In this document: piece by piece, positions 19,709-29,915 of the stretch
How positions within the stretch are numbered: the first letter of the stretch is position 1
How the letters are laid out: each line of letters begins with the position of its first letter
Source of the DNA: Opitutus sp. GAS368
Lineage (GTDB): Bacteria > Verrucomicrobiota > Verrucomicrobiia > Opitutales > Opitutaceae
DNA length: 64,000 bases
Direction of reading: 5' to 3'
Assembly (NCBI GenBank): GCA_945861645.1
Contig: CAMAVZ010000002.1
Span: forward strand, 32,001-96,000
Notes under the pieces: generated by a model
What the model saw: the letters and a program-made list of their open reading frames with translations, nothing else
The model's database searches: none
What the model was told of the DNA's origin: nothing
Made by a program: the position numbers and the translations under genes

Positions 19709-20998
19709 ATGGCTGATCTCATCATTCACGGCGGCAAACCCCTAAGCGGCACGATCACGCCCTCAGGCAATAAGAACTCTATCTTGCCGATTCTCTGTGC
19801 GTCCCTGCTCACCGACGCCAAACTCACGCTGCGGCACGTCCCGTTTATTACGGATGTCGAGAAGCTCGTGAATTTCTTCACGGAACAAGGCTCATGCATT
19901 GTGTGGAATCGCGCCGCTGGCTCAATGAGCATCGATCACTCGACCTTCGATGCTCGCCGCCTCAATGGCGAATTGCCCGCCGGGATGCGCTCTGCCGTGC
20001 TTCTCTTCGCGCCCCTGTTGCAGCGCATGAAGAAAATCACGCTGCCTACCAACGCCAAGGGTTGCTCGCTCGGCATTCGTGAACTGGACCCGCACTTGGA
20101 GATTTTCGAAAAACTAGGGGCCAAGATTTCTCATCAGCGTAAATTAACCATGGCCCTGCGCGGTCGTTTTCGCGCCGGCCGCCACTGGCCTGATTACATG
20201 TCGGTGACGGCGACGGAAAACTTCGTCATGGCCGCGGTGCTGGCGGAGGGTGAATCGGTGCTGCTCAATGCAGCGAGCGAACCTCATGTCCAAGACCTCT
20301 GCGCTGCCCTCGTCACGATGGGGGCAAAGATCACGGGCCTCGGTACCAGCCAACTCACGGTGTCGGGGGTTAAGCAGCTTAAGGGCGGCACGATCACGAT
20401 CAATACCGACCATCATGAGGTCGTCACATTTCTTGCGCTCGGCGCCATCACTGGCGGCGAAGTCCGCGTTAAAAATTCCCTCCCCCACCACTTTGACCTG
20501 ATCAATCGTTCGTTCGCCAAGTTGGGCGTCAAAATCGACTACGAGGGCGACACCGCTATCGTCCGCCGCCGCCAAAAGCTCGTCATCACACAACCCTTCA
20601 CCTCGAACCTACTGCCTAAAATTGAGGCTGCTCCGTGGCCTTACTTTCCGGTTGATCTGCTACCGTGCATGATCGCGCTCGCAGTGCGAGCTGAAGGCAC
20701 CGTGATGTTTTGGAATAAAGTCTACGAAGGTGGCTTCACTTGGATGTCAGAGTTATCTAAATTTGGCGCCCACGTGGTCGTCAGTGATCCGCACCGGATT
20801 ACTGTTTTTGGCGCCCGCCCCCTTCACCCCACGACGGTCGAAGCTCCTTACATCATTCGCGCCGCAGTCGCACTTTACATGGTGGCGGCCAGCATTCCGG
20901 GGAAAAGTGTGGTGAAAAATGCTGATACCATCAAACGCGCCCACCCTCATTTCGTCGAAAACCTGCGGAGCCTCGGCGCAGAGGTTGCATGGAAATAA
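19709..20998 (+). CDS. murA: UDP-N-acetylglucosamine 1-carboxyvinyltransferase
   Basis: SGNKNSILP, GCSLGIR (catalytic Cys kept), SVTATEN, ASEPHV, PWPYFPVD. Confidence 0.9.
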   Translation: MADLIIHGGKPLSGTITPSGNKNSILPILCASLLTDAKLTLRHVPFITDVEKLVNFFTEQGSCIVWNRAAGSMSIDHSTFDARRLNGELPAGMRSAVLLFAPLLQRMKKITLPTNAKGCSLGIRELDPHLEIFEKLGAKISHQRKLTMALRGRFRAGRHWPDYMSVTATENFVMAAVLAEGESVLLNAASEPHVQDLCAALVTMGAKITGLGTSQLTVSGVKQLKGGTITINTDHHEVVTFLALGAITGGEVRVKNSLPHHFDLINRSFAKLGVKIDYEGDTAIVRRRQKLVITQPFTSNLLPKIEAAPWPYFPVDLLPCMIALAVRAEGTVMFWNKVYEGGFTWMSELSKFGAHVVVSDPHRITVFGARPLHPTTVEAPYIIRAAVALYMVAASIPGKSVVKNADTIKRAHPHFVENLRSLGAEVAWK

Positions 20999-21070
20999 GT
21001 CTGTTTTTATTCTGAGATCTTAATTTCGCCGAACCCTTCGCTCCGCTCAAAATGCTCATTCTCCTTTCCC

Positions 21071-22144
21071 GTGGCCCAATCTAAAATCGAGTACCAAAAG
21101 CCGAAAGCGGCGACCGCCTCGGTCACTGGTACGGGCTTTTTGACGAGCGCCCTCACCGCGCCGGTCTCACCCGCCGAGGCCGCGCTGCGTCCGCTGTCCT
21201 TCAGTGATTTCGCTGGGCAACCCAAGACCGTGGAACGCCTGCAGGTGATGGTCGGCGCCGCCAAGCGCCGCGGCGAAGCCCTCAATCATATTCTTCTCTC
21301 GGGGCCGCCGGGGCTGGGAAAAACGACGCTGGCTTTCATCCTCGGCCACGAACTCGGCCGCACCGTACGCGTGACCTCTGGGCCGGTCATTGAGAAAGCC
21401 GGCGATCTGGCCGGCCTGCTCACCAACATGGAGGAAGGCGATATTTTGTTTATTGATGAAATTCACCGTATCCCCAAAACGGTGGAAGAGTATCTTTACA
21501 GTGCGATGGAGGATTTCCGGCTCGATATCATGATCGACCAAGGGCCCAACGCCCGCAGCGTGCGCCTTTCCATTCCAAAATTTACTCTCGTCGGAGCCAC
21601 GACCCGTTCGGGCCTGCTCACCGCGCCCCTGCGTTCACGTTTCACCCTGAATACGCGCCTCGATTATTATGACCGCGCCACCCTCGAGGGAATTGTGCTG
21701 CGCAGTTGTGGACTGCTGAAGGTTGCCATCGACGCGGGCGGCGCGCAGGAAATTGCCCGACGCGCCCGCGGGACCCCGCGGATAGCGAATAATCTCGTCA
21801 ACTTTTGCCGCGACTTCGCCTCGGAAAAAGCGGCGGGCAAGATCACGCAAGCCGTAGCCGCCGCCGCCCTTGAACTACTCGAGATTGATGCCGCAGGACT
21901 CGATGAAATGGATAAGCGCATGCTGCGCGTGATGGCAGAAAATTATGCGGGCGGGCCTGTCGGCATGAGCACGATCGCCATCGCGGTAGGCGAAGAGACC
22001 GAAACACTCGAAGAAGTTCATGAGCCATTTCTGATTCAAGAAGGCTACCTCCAGCGCACCGCCCAGGGCCGCCTTTTGACCCCAAAAGGCTACCACGCAG
22101 TAGGCCTGAAAGCCGCGACCGGGGCCCAGCAGTCACTGCTGTAA
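21071..22144 (+). CDS. ruvB: Holliday junction DNA helicase RuvB
   Basis: LRP, GPPGLGKTTLA, FIDEIHR, GATTRSG, RGTPRIAN, EPFLIQEG. Confidence 0.97.
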   Translation: MAQSKIEYQKPKAATASVTGTGFLTSALTAPVSPAEAALRPLSFSDFAGQPKTVERLQVMVGAAKRRGEALNHILLSGPPGLGKTTLAFILGHELGRTVRVTSGPVIEKAGDLAGLLTNMEEGDILFIDEIHRIPKTVEEYLYSAMEDFRLDIMIDQGPNARSVRLSIPKFTLVGATTRSGLLTAPLRSRFTLNTRLDYYDRATLEGIVLRSCGLLKVAIDAGGAQEIARRARGTPRIANNLVNFCRDFASEKAAGKITQAVAAAALELLEIDAAGLDEMDKRMLRVMAENYAGGPVGMSTIAIAVGEETETLEEVHEPFLIQEGYLQRTAQGRLLTPKGYHAVGLKAATGAQQSLL

Positions 22145-22861
22145 TTAGAGATCCCCGAGTTGGGGCCGGAGCACAATTTCTTCGACGACGGTCCGTGGAC
22201 CGAGGCTGTAAATATCGTAAACCGCCCGCGCAATATCCGCCGCTGGCATGATTCGTTCCTTTTTAATGCCACTCCCCGACCATGAAGGCGACCACGTCGC
22301 TCCGGGGTGAAGGCAGCAGACCCGGATCCCGCGATTTTTAGTCTCCGCGCGTAGTACCTGCGCTAGGCCCGTTACCCCAAACTTCGCCGCGCAATAAGCA
22401 GCGGCGTTAGGATAAGCCCCGCGCCCCGCGATTGAGCTCATAAAAAAAATACTGCCGCGCTTTCGCTGGAGCATGGCCGGCAAGAAGGCCTGCGTAACTA
22501 AAAATGGGCTGCGAAGATTAACCGCAATCTGACGATCAAACGCTGCAACTGTAGTTTTTACAAAGGGCGCCATCGTAAAGGCACCCGCATTATTGATCAG
22601 CGCATCAAGGGGACCAAAATGTTTGTGCACCGCCCGCGCCATCGCGGTGACCGCGCCCTCATCCGTTACATCACAAGGGAAAATCTCGACCGTGGCTCCT
22701 GCTTGCAGACAAGCGCGCGCGGCCCGCTGAAGATTTTTTTCGCGGCGCGCCACTAAAGCCAAACGTACCCCAGGAATTTGCCCGGCGAAGACGTGGGCAA
22801 TGGCGGCGCCAATGCCCTGAGAGGCGCCCGTGATGAGGATGAGGGGAGGCTTAGAGGCCAT
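22145..22861 (-). CDS. SDR oxidoreductase, Chlorobium-type sepiapterin reductase-like
   Basis: TGASQGIG, NNAG, YCAAK; the IFF..S, PGA...P.W and RTVVEEIVLRP..GDL features match my recollection of Chlorobium tepidum sepiapterin reductase; clustered with folE2 and PTPS. Confidence 0.7.
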   Translation of the reverse strand: MASKPPLILITGASQGIGAAIAHVFAGQIPGVRLALVARREKNLQRAARACLQAGATVEIFPCDVTDEGAVTAMARAVHKHFGPLDALINNAGAFTMAPFVKTTVAAFDRQIAVNLRSPFLVTQAFLPAMLQRKRGSIFFMSSIAGRGAYPNAAAYCAAKFGVTGLAQVLRAETKNRGIRVCCLHPGATWSPSWSGSGIKKERIMPAADIARAVYDIYSLGPRTVVEEIVLRPQLGDL

Positions 22862-22881
22862 AGGATCGGTAATTGGTTGGG

Positions 22882-22902
22882 GGTTATTGGTTATCGGTTA
22901 TG
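22882..22902 (+). repeat. Short heptamer tandem repeat (GGTTATN x3)
   Basis: GGTTATT GGTTATC GGTTATG read directly. Confidence 0.6.
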
Positions 22903-23087
22903 GGTAAATTCAACTTAAAACCTTCATTACGCGGGCGGGAGAGATAGTTCTTAGTTTTATGGTTTAAGCTCGGACCCTGCGCACAGCTTCGGGCTTTTTG
23001 GGGCTGATCCCGCTATGAAATTAAGGCTCAAGGGCGATGACCAGTGGATCAGCCTAGGACCTCTCACCCATGACCGAGCACCTTCCT

Positions 23088-24059
23088 TCAGCACACCAAG
23101 GCGCCGAAGTCCATGAAGTCAGCGGTGAACCCACCTTTGACCCCTTTGCAGATCACGCTGACCGCATCGTGAGAATGCAGCGACTCGAGATGGGAACAAG
23201 CTATGCGGAAATCCTTAATCCGGCGATCGGCATCAAAGGCTTGATAAAGTAAGCGGGCGGCATCTTCGACAAATTTGAGGTTCGCCCCATTCAACTCCGC
23301 AAAGGCCTGCTCATCTTCTCGCTTCACCATCACCTGGGTTTCCGTCTGCAAGGCAGCCAAACAAAGCGCATGCACATCCTCGAGCCAGATTTTTTTTCCG
23401 TCGCTCTCTTCTAATGTAATCCGAGCCTTACTGCGCTGAGAATGCGACACGCCGTACGCACCTCGTTGGTCGCGGGCGTGCTCCGTTAATTCGGCCGAGC
23501 AGGGACACGCAGATGAATAAACAAAATCAAAATGAATGAAGCGACGATAGCGACCATCGCGGGTCACCACCCCCTCAAAGGCCACCGCATAAAACTGAAA
23601 ACCGGCCAGACCGCTGCGCAAGCTGTCGCGCACCATCGGATAGGAGAAAGCAATTTTTAGCCGTGCATCCTTGCTCGCGACCGTGTGCAGATAACTTTTT
23701 AAAATTTTACCCATCCACTCGCCCGTCGTAACGGCATCTTTATGTTCATAAAAAGAACGCATGATACGGCCCATATTGATACCCTTGAGCTCAGCCTCGA
23801 GCGAGACCGTGCCGGTCACACTGGTTTCTAACGTGAGAATCTTGCCGGCTTTAGTGCGATACTTAAGGGGCAACTTGAAGTTATGAATCCCGACCTGTTG
23901 AATGGGCACATTGGCGCCCTGAATGGCCTCATGCGCCACCTCCATCATGTCGGGCATACTTGCGCGATAGGCGGCTGAGGCGCGGAATTTCTGATCATAC
24001 TTTGACTTAACTAAGGGCGGCTGCCCGCTGCTCGAGCGGTGAAGATACATCTGTTTCAT
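23088..24059 (-). CDS. folE2: GTP cyclohydrolase IB FolE2
   Basis: [53 protein letters not shown]. Confidence 0.92.
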   Translation of the reverse strand: MKQMYLHRSSSGQPPLVKSKYDQKFRASAAYRASMPDMMEVAHEAIQGANVPIQQVGIHNFKLPLKYRTKAGKILTLETSVTGTVSLEAELKGINMGRIMRSFYEHKDAVTTGEWMGKILKSYLHTVASKDARLKIAFSYPMVRDSLRSGLAGFQFYAVAFEGVVTRDGRYRRFIHFDFVYSSACPCSAELTEHARDQRGAYGVSHSQRSKARITLEESDGKKIWLEDVHALCLAALQTETQVMVKREDEQAFAELNGANLKFVEDAARLLYQAFDADRRIKDFRIACSHLESLHSHDAVSVICKGVKGGFTADFMDFGALVC

Positions 24060-24118
24060 GGAGAACGGGTCGTTTTTGGTTGGTAGGCCCGCGGGTGACG
24101 TTAACCGCGGTAAATTAA

Positions 24119-24595
24119 TTATTGCGGGTCGGGTCCGAAATACTCGGCAAAATTGCGCGGCGTCTCGTATAAACGCACGCAGTGTAATTGCCCGCTCGTG
24201 ATGTGCGGGGCAATCTCCTGCCAGAAGGCGATGACCAGATTTTCGGTGGAAGGATTTACCCCGCGTAGAAAATCTACCTCTTCGTTGAGGTTGCGATGAT
24301 CACATTTGTCGACGACCGCGCTCATGATAATCTGCTTTAACTTACCTAAATCCATAAGGTACCCCGTTTCTGGGTCGGGCACACCGCGCAGGGTTACCTC
24401 GAGCACATAATTGTGGCCATGCCAGTGGGGATTAGTGCAAAGCCCATAGTGCGAATCATTCCACGCCTGACTCTTACTGGGATTATGCAGGCGGTGCGCC
24501 GAATTAAAATGAACCTGCCGCGTAATATAAACGTTCCCCGCCCGCCCGCGGGTGGGAGCAGCAGATGATGCATGAGGGGAGGCCGATGACGACAT
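24119..24595 (-). CDS. 6-pyruvoyl-tetrahydropterin synthase, PTPS-II type (Cx5HGH)
   Basis: [37 protein letters not shown]. Confidence 0.85.
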   Translation of the reverse strand: MSSSASPHASSAAPTRGRAGNVYITRQVHFNSAHRLHNPSKSQAWNDSHYGLCTNPHWHGHNYVLEVTLRGVPDPETGYLMDLGKLKQIIMSAVVDKCDHRNLNEEVDFLRGVNPSTENLVIAFWQEIAPHITSGQLHCVRLYETPRNFAEYFGPDPQ

Positions 24596-24705
24596 GAGGA
24601 GCAAGCGAAGTCAGATTTTCCTTGGCGTCAACCTCCACGACCCAGCGAGCTATCCGTTAAAATAACGATTGCACGACTTACGCTGGACCCTGTTCATCCC
24701 CCTGC

Positions 24706-25503
24706 ATGGCGATGCGCTTTAGTATTTTAGGCAGCGGGAGTAGCGGGAATGCTGCCTTCCTGCAGACCGATAACACGCGCGTCTTGATTGACGCTGGCTT
24801 CTCGGCGAAACGGTTGGCGGGTATGCTCGAAAGCTTGGGAGAAAAAATCGAATCGATTGATGCGATCCTGTTAACGCACGAGCATAGTGATCATGCCGCT
24901 GGGCTGAAGGGGCTGGCCCGCTATCCGCAGATTAAAGTTTTTGCTAATCGCGCCACCGCGACCAAAGCCCAAACAGGACTCAAGCATCGCATACCCTGGC
25001 AGCTTTTTGAAACGGGGAGCACCTTTCAGTTTCGTGATTTAGAAATTAGCAGCTTCGCCGTGCCGCACGATGCACAGGAGCCGGTGGGATTTTTTATCGC
25101 GCACGGTGAAAATGATCTGCTCTCGCCGCGCCGCAGTTTGGCTTGGCTCACCGATCTGGGCCATGCCCCAGTACACGTGCGGGAACGCATTCGGGCAGCG
25201 GATGTGTTGGTGGTTGAAGCTAATCACTGTGCACAAATGCTTGAGGCTGACACCAAACGCCCCTGGAGCACCAAACAGCGGATCAGCGGGCGACATGGCC
25301 ATCTCTCCAATGCCGCCGCGCGCGAGTTGCTTGAATCCGTCACGGAGTCCCGCTGGCGCCAAGTTTTCTTCGCCCACCTCAGCCAAGATTGCAATTCCCC
25401 TGCGGCGGTGGCGACCGCCTGCGGCCCCGTACTCACGGCCCGCGGCTGCAGTTTTTCGGTCGTCGCCGCCGGCGCCAGCACCCCTTTCTACGAATTCGCT
25501 TAG
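24706..25503 (+). CDS. MBL-fold metallo-hydrolase, YycJ/WalJ family
   Basis: GSGSSGN, THEHSDH, VPHDA, TDLG, EANH, GHLSN, AHLSQDCN. Confidence 0.85.
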   Translation: MAMRFSILGSGSSGNAAFLQTDNTRVLIDAGFSAKRLAGMLESLGEKIESIDAILLTHEHSDHAAGLKGLARYPQIKVFANRATATKAQTGLKHRIPWQLFETGSTFQFRDLEISSFAVPHDAQEPVGFFIAHGENDLLSPRRSLAWLTDLGHAPVHVRERIRAADVLVVEANHCAQMLEADTKRPWSTKQRISGRHGHLSNAAARELLESVTESRWRQVFFAHLSQDCNSPAAVATACGPVLTARGCSFSVVAAGASTPFYEFA

Positions 25504-25549
25504 AGCCGGCTCCACTCGGCCACGCGGCAGCGGTAATTAAACGCAGGGC

Positions 25550-27013
25550 TTACTTCGTGGCGGGCTGCTCGTGTTCGGCGATATATTTTCGCGTCGCATC
25601 GGGCAACTCATGCCAAATACGCCAAGCAATCACACTGCCAAGTAGGGCAAAGGGCATTAGAAAAATGGGCCACCACTGCCAGCTGTAACCGGAGAGATAG
25701 CCCACGCTGATTGATTGTACGCTGCTCCCCAGATAAACACAGCCGTCCAAAATACCGGAGCAGGTCGCCGTCGCTTTGCGGCCACCAAAATCGGCCGCCG
25801 CCGTGCCGGACATTAACGAATGGACGCCGGTCACAGCCCCGACGATGAGCAGGGCGGAGACGCCGACCACCAGCGGATGGGAAAAAATCGTCATCGCCAT
25901 CACCGCCGCCATTAAAAACATAAAGAGGCTAAACATCGCCGCCGGGGGGCCACGCCGCGATTGGAATAATTTGTCAGAGATCAATCCGCCGGCGAAGGCG
26001 CCGACGATGCCGAAGATGCACAAGAGCAAGCCCCAGTTGGCGAGAATGCCTTCCGCCCCCACCTGCTTCACATCGTGGGCAAAAACTGAATACCATTGCA
26101 TGATCCCGTTGCGCAGCACCCCCGAGGTGAGCTCCACCCCCGCAAACATCAGCATGAGGGGATTACAGAAAACTTTCTTCAGCAAATCGCGGGTCGAATA
26201 TTCCTCATGCATGTGACCAGACGAGGCATCGTGCGTGTCGAGATGCGGAAAACCCGCTTCCTCCGGAGTATCTTTAATGAGCCAAAAATCCAAGACCACC
26301 CAGATAAGTAAGATGGCGGCAGGAATGAAAAATACGGCCCACGTGGCATCGACGCCCAAGCCCGTCGGCATAAACAAACGGCGAATCAGGACCGGCAACC
26401 AATGATCGGTCGCGAGCGCATTGACCTGGGTCATTTTAATAATTGCCGCGCCCCAATCGAAGGCGAAATAAACGCCGAAGGATATGAGCGTGCCAAAAAT
26501 CGCCCCGAACAAACCGCGCTCCCGTACATGAAACCAGTTGGCTTTGACCTTAATAATGGAGACCGCGCCGTAGCTTTGAAAATACATATTGAGGGCGTAA
26601 AGGACGGAGAACACTCCCACTAACCGCATCTGCAATCGACCGGTCACCACCAGCCAAGTGACCACCCCAAGCCCCAGGTTCGCCAGGGAAGCACCCAACG
26701 CGGCAATAATTATTCCTTTCTTTCCGCCAATTTTATCCACCAGCGGTCCGTTCACGAGAAATGACAGGGCATAAGTTCCCGTGCCGGCCGCAAAGATTAG
26801 CCCAAATTCCTCATTCGTCATCAGGCTGCCGAGCGCCGTTTTTGCCACCGTTAAATTATAGCGCCCCATGTAGAGAAACGCATACGTCATCCCGAGAGGG
26901 AACCAATTGATGAAGCGACGGCTTAAAAACCACGGGCCATGCTTGAGCGGATTATTATAAAAATAAATTCCGATGACAATCAGCAGACAGAAACCGACGA
27001 GGCCGAGATCCAT
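25550..27013 (-). CDS. MFS transporter, organophosphate:Pi antiporter (GlpT/UhpT/PgtP) family
   Basis: YAFLYMGRYNL, WFHVRERG, KDTPEEAGF, SDKLFQSRRGP, ATATCSGILDGCVYLG. Confidence 0.8.
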   Translation of the reverse strand: MDLGLVGFCLLIVIGIYFYNNPLKHGPWFLSRRFINWFPLGMTYAFLYMGRYNLTVAKTALGSLMTNEEFGLIFAAGTGTYALSFLVNGPLVDKIGGKKGIIIAALGASLANLGLGVVTWLVVTGRLQMRLVGVFSVLYALNMYFQSYGAVSIIKVKANWFHVRERGLFGAIFGTLISFGVYFAFDWGAAIIKMTQVNALATDHWLPVLIRRLFMPTGLGVDATWAVFFIPAAILLIWVVLDFWLIKDTPEEAGFPHLDTHDASSGHMHEEYSTRDLLKKVFCNPLMLMFAGVELTSGVLRNGIMQWYSVFAHDVKQVGAEGILANWGLLLCIFGIVGAFAGGLISDKLFQSRRGPPAAMFSLFMFLMAAVMAMTIFSHPLVVGVSALLIVGAVTGVHSLMSGTAAADFGGRKATATCSGILDGCVYLGSSVQSISVGYLSGYSWQWWPIFLMPFALLGSVIAWRIWHELPDATRKYIAEHEQPATK

Positions 27014-27311
27014 AAAACTGGGTGGGGGGTGGGAAGAGCGGTTAAGTAGCCGCAATGAAAAGTATTATCCGCTAAAACTAAAGCGCGCGCCAAACAACGC
27101 ACGCCGAAAATCTCGGCCGCCGGTAAATTGATTGGTCGCCACCTGATTGTAACCAAGCGACGGCTAGGTCTGACCCGCCAGCTATCGACGCGACGCTCAG
27201 CAAGTTAAAACCGACGAGACCGCCGCCGCCCTGACTGGATCCACAGACCCTCGGCAGGCCGAGGGGAATAGGCTTTGCTGACTGGCGTGATAGCTGCTTA
27301 ATCCTCTGCCG

Positions 27312-28757
27312 ATGTCTTCCACCACTTCCCTGCGGCGCACCAAAATTATTGCCACCCTGGGGCCGGCCACGGAAAGCGAGGCCATGCTGGTAAAACTCAT
27401 CACCGCAGGCGTCGACGTCGTTCGGCTGAATATGGCGCACGCTAAGCATGACTGGACGCGCCTAATCATTCGCCGCATTCGCGTCGCGGCCCAGCAAGCT
27501 GGACGCGAAGTAGCCATCATGATGGACATTAAAGGTCCCGAAATCCGGACCGGCGATTTAGCGGTACCGCTCGAGCTGCGCGTTGGAGAAATTTTTGACT
27601 TCACCGTCAAACCCGGAGCCGAACGCGCTAGCGGCGAAGAAATCCGCTCCGTCGATGTGAATTATCGCGACCTCGTTAATGACATCAAAATTGGTGATAC
27701 CGTCCTCGTTGATAGCGGTCTCATCCGCCTCGAGGTCCTCACCAAAGATCAGGCACACATTCGCTGCCGCGTGCTCACGCCGGGTTCGCTGACATCGCGC
27801 CGCCACATCAATCTGCCAGGCGTGCATGTTAATCTCCCCTCTTTCACGGAGAAAGATAAGGCGGACACGATCGTCGGCATTGAAGAGGGGGTCGACTTTA
27901 TCGCGCTATCGTTTGTGCGCGAAGCCTCCGACATTGAAAAACTCCGGCTTTTTTTGCAGGAGAGAAATTCCCCCGCGCGCATTGTCGCTAAAATCGAGGA
28001 TCAGTCCGCCATCGATAACCTCGATGACATCATCCGAGCGACCGACGTCTTGATGGTCGCCCGCGGCGATCTGGGCATTGAAGTGCCGCTGCAAGAGCTG
28101 CCGGTGATTCAGCGCCGCGCCGTCCGCACCTGTTTAGCGATCGGCCGACCTGTCATTATTGCCACCCACATGCTGGAATCAATGATCACCCAGCCGATGC
28201 CCAACCGCGCGGAAATTACGGATGTAGCGAACGCGGTTTATGAGCAGGCCGACTGCGTCATGCTCTCAGGGGAAACGACCATCGGGCAATATCCGCTCGA
28301 GTGCGTGCGGATTCTCGACACCATCGCGCGCCGGATTGAGGCGGAGCAGACAACAGATATCCTCGAGCCCGCCGTGTTTATCGGGGAGCGCATGAAGGTA
28401 TTTCGTGCCGCCGTCGTGCTGGCCAACGAAATTCCGCGATCACTGATTGTCGTATTTACGCGGCATGGCACCAATGCCGCTGGCCTCGCCGCCCACCGAC
28501 CACCGCATGCACCTATTCTCGCCATCACTGACTGCGTGGAAACGATGCGTCATTTGCGCATCGTCCGAGCCGTAGAGCCTTTTTTACTCACGCCCTTCAG
28601 CAATCCCGAAGCCACGATCGAACGAGCGATCGCCTCCCTACTAAAATTGGGCCGCATTCGCGAGGGCGACAAATTGATCATTGTTTCCGATATCCAGACG
28701 AAAGATCGGCGCATTGATAGTATTCAACTACGCGAAGTTTTTGCTTCGACTCTGTAA
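27312..28757 (+). CDS. pyk: Pyruvate kinase
   Basis: TKIIATLGPA, DIKGPEIRTG, AKIE, MVARGDLG, ATHMLESM, DCVMLSGET. Confidence 0.97.
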   Translation: MSSTTSLRRTKIIATLGPATESEAMLVKLITAGVDVVRLNMAHAKHDWTRLIIRRIRVAAQQAGREVAIMMDIKGPEIRTGDLAVPLELRVGEIFDFTVKPGAERASGEEIRSVDVNYRDLVNDIKIGDTVLVDSGLIRLEVLTKDQAHIRCRVLTPGSLTSRRHINLPGVHVNLPSFTEKDKADTIVGIEEGVDFIALSFVREASDIEKLRLFLQERNSPARIVAKIEDQSAIDNLDDIIRATDVLMVARGDLGIEVPLQELPVIQRRAVRTCLAIGRPVIIATHMLESMITQPMPNRAEITDVANAVYEQADCVMLSGETTIGQYPLECVRILDTIARRIEAEQTTDILEPAVFIGERMKVFRAAVVLANEIPRSLIVVFTRHGTNAAGLAAHRPPHAPILAITDCVETMRHLRIVRAVEPFLLTPFSNPEATIERAIASLLKLGRIREGDKLIIVSDIQTKDRRIDSIQLREVFASTL

Positions 28758-28853
28758 ATTAATTATTGCTCGGCATAATAATTATAAAAAATACCCGCAA
28801 AAACTGCTTCAGGCCTCGCCGGCAAGCGACCTGAAGATCTTTTCCACAGCCAC

Positions 28854-29435
28854 TTAGTCGGCAGAAAATAAAGTGCGCTTGAGCAGTTGCCGCGCACGAT
28901 AGAGGCGATTCTCCACTGCTTTCGGGGTGCAGTCCAAGGCTGCGGCAATCTCGGCGGTAGTTTGCTCCTCATATTCGAAAAGAATGAGCGCGGTGCGCAA
29001 GTCGAGCGGCAGCGCCGCCACCGCTTGTTGCACGGCTAGAATTTGCTCCTGCCGTAACGCGCTCTGCGCCGCGGAACCCCCTGAACGGGATTCATCGGCG
29101 ATTTCCCCGCCGGCCTCAATCCACGCATCGAGGGAATGCACCGGGTGACGCTGCCACCAACGCAAACGATTCTTAGCTAAATTAGCCGTAATCGCGTAAC
29201 ACCAAGTGGAAAATTTTGCGCCCGGCCGATAATGAGTGCGCTTAGTAAAAATCCGGCAAAAAACTTCCTGCGCGAGATTCTCCGCTTCCGTCGCATTACC
29301 GAGTAGCCTAAAAATAAAACGCTTCACGGGCATCTCCCACCGCTCCATCAGCGCCGCCAAAGCCGCTTCTTCTCCACCCTGTAAGCGGCGCATCAACTCT
29401 TCATCGCTGGCGCCAGTAGCTAGATCAGCAGCCAT
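28854..29435 (-). CDS. ECF sigma factor
   Basis: AENLAQEVF, FSTWCYAITANL (region 2); EIAAALDCTPKAVENRLYRAR (region 4). Confidence 0.9.
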   Translation of the reverse strand: MAADLATGASDEELMRRLQGGEEAALAALMERWEMPVKRFIFRLLGNATEAENLAQEVFCRIFTKRTHYRPGAKFSTWCYAITANLAKNRLRWWQRHPVHSLDAWIEAGGEIADESRSGGSAAQSALRQEQILAVQQAVAALPLDLRTALILFEYEEQTTAEIAAALDCTPKAVENRLYRARQLLKRTLFSAD

Positions 29436-29438
29436 GAT

Positions 29439-29915
29439 TCAATGCGTATGATTCATCTGCAAATTGGGCGCCGTCGCATGATCAAAAGCGGCAATTTTCG
29501 GCAACATCAGCGCCAGATAGCGGCGGCCATCTTCGGCGGCCATCAGCGCGGCCACTTTTTGTACATGAACCGTAAGCGCTTGTTCGCAAATTGAGCGTAA
29601 TTCTTTGACGGCCAACTCGGCGGCAGCTCGGGGCCCCGGCGAACTGGTCTTAGCCGTCAGCGCATCGCGCACTTTAGTCGCCTCTTGAATTAACCGGCAG
29701 TGCTCAACGCAGCTACCGGCGTAAGCTTGGTGCACGACTTGAATCGCAGCAAACTGCTGATCGGTGAGATGGAAATCTTGCCGCAGCCAATGCCAAGCGT
29801 CTCCCTTTTCAGCCGCAGCATGCAGTGCTGAGTCACAGCTCAGGCGATAACAAACAAAACCAAAAATCGCTGCGCCCAGCACAATCAAAGCTAAGGTGCT
29901 GACTAAATATTTCAT
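29439..29915 (-). CDS. Membrane-anchored periplasmic heavy-metal sensor (CnrX/Metal_resist-like)
   Basis: N-terminal TM; WLRQDFHLTDQQ helical-hairpin start; CVEHC, ICE and His residues; between anti-sigma and sigma genes. Confidence 0.6.
   Translation of the reverse strand: MKYLVSTLALIVLGAAIFGFVCYRLSCDSALHAAAEKGDAWHWLRQDFHLTDQQFAAIQVVHQAYAGSCVEHCRLIQEATKVRDALTAKTSSPGPRAAAELAVKELRSICEQALTVHVQKVAALMAAEDGRRYLALMLPKIAAFDHATAPNLQMNHTH

Noticed and set aside
19709-20998. Fosfomycin-resistant MurA
   Set aside because: The catalytic Cys is retained (KGCSLG), with no Cys-to-Asp change.
23014-23034. Minus-strand CCCTTGAGCCTTAATTTCATA resembles a segment of E. coli 6S RNA as I recall it
   Set aside because: I could not fold the surrounding sequence into the long 6S rod with a central bubble. 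It is kept only as part of the structured-spacer finding pending an Rfam scan.
24119-24595. Annotation as queD (queuosine pathway)
   Set aside because: The motif is Cx5HGH rather than Cx3HGH, and no queC, queE or queF gene is nearby.
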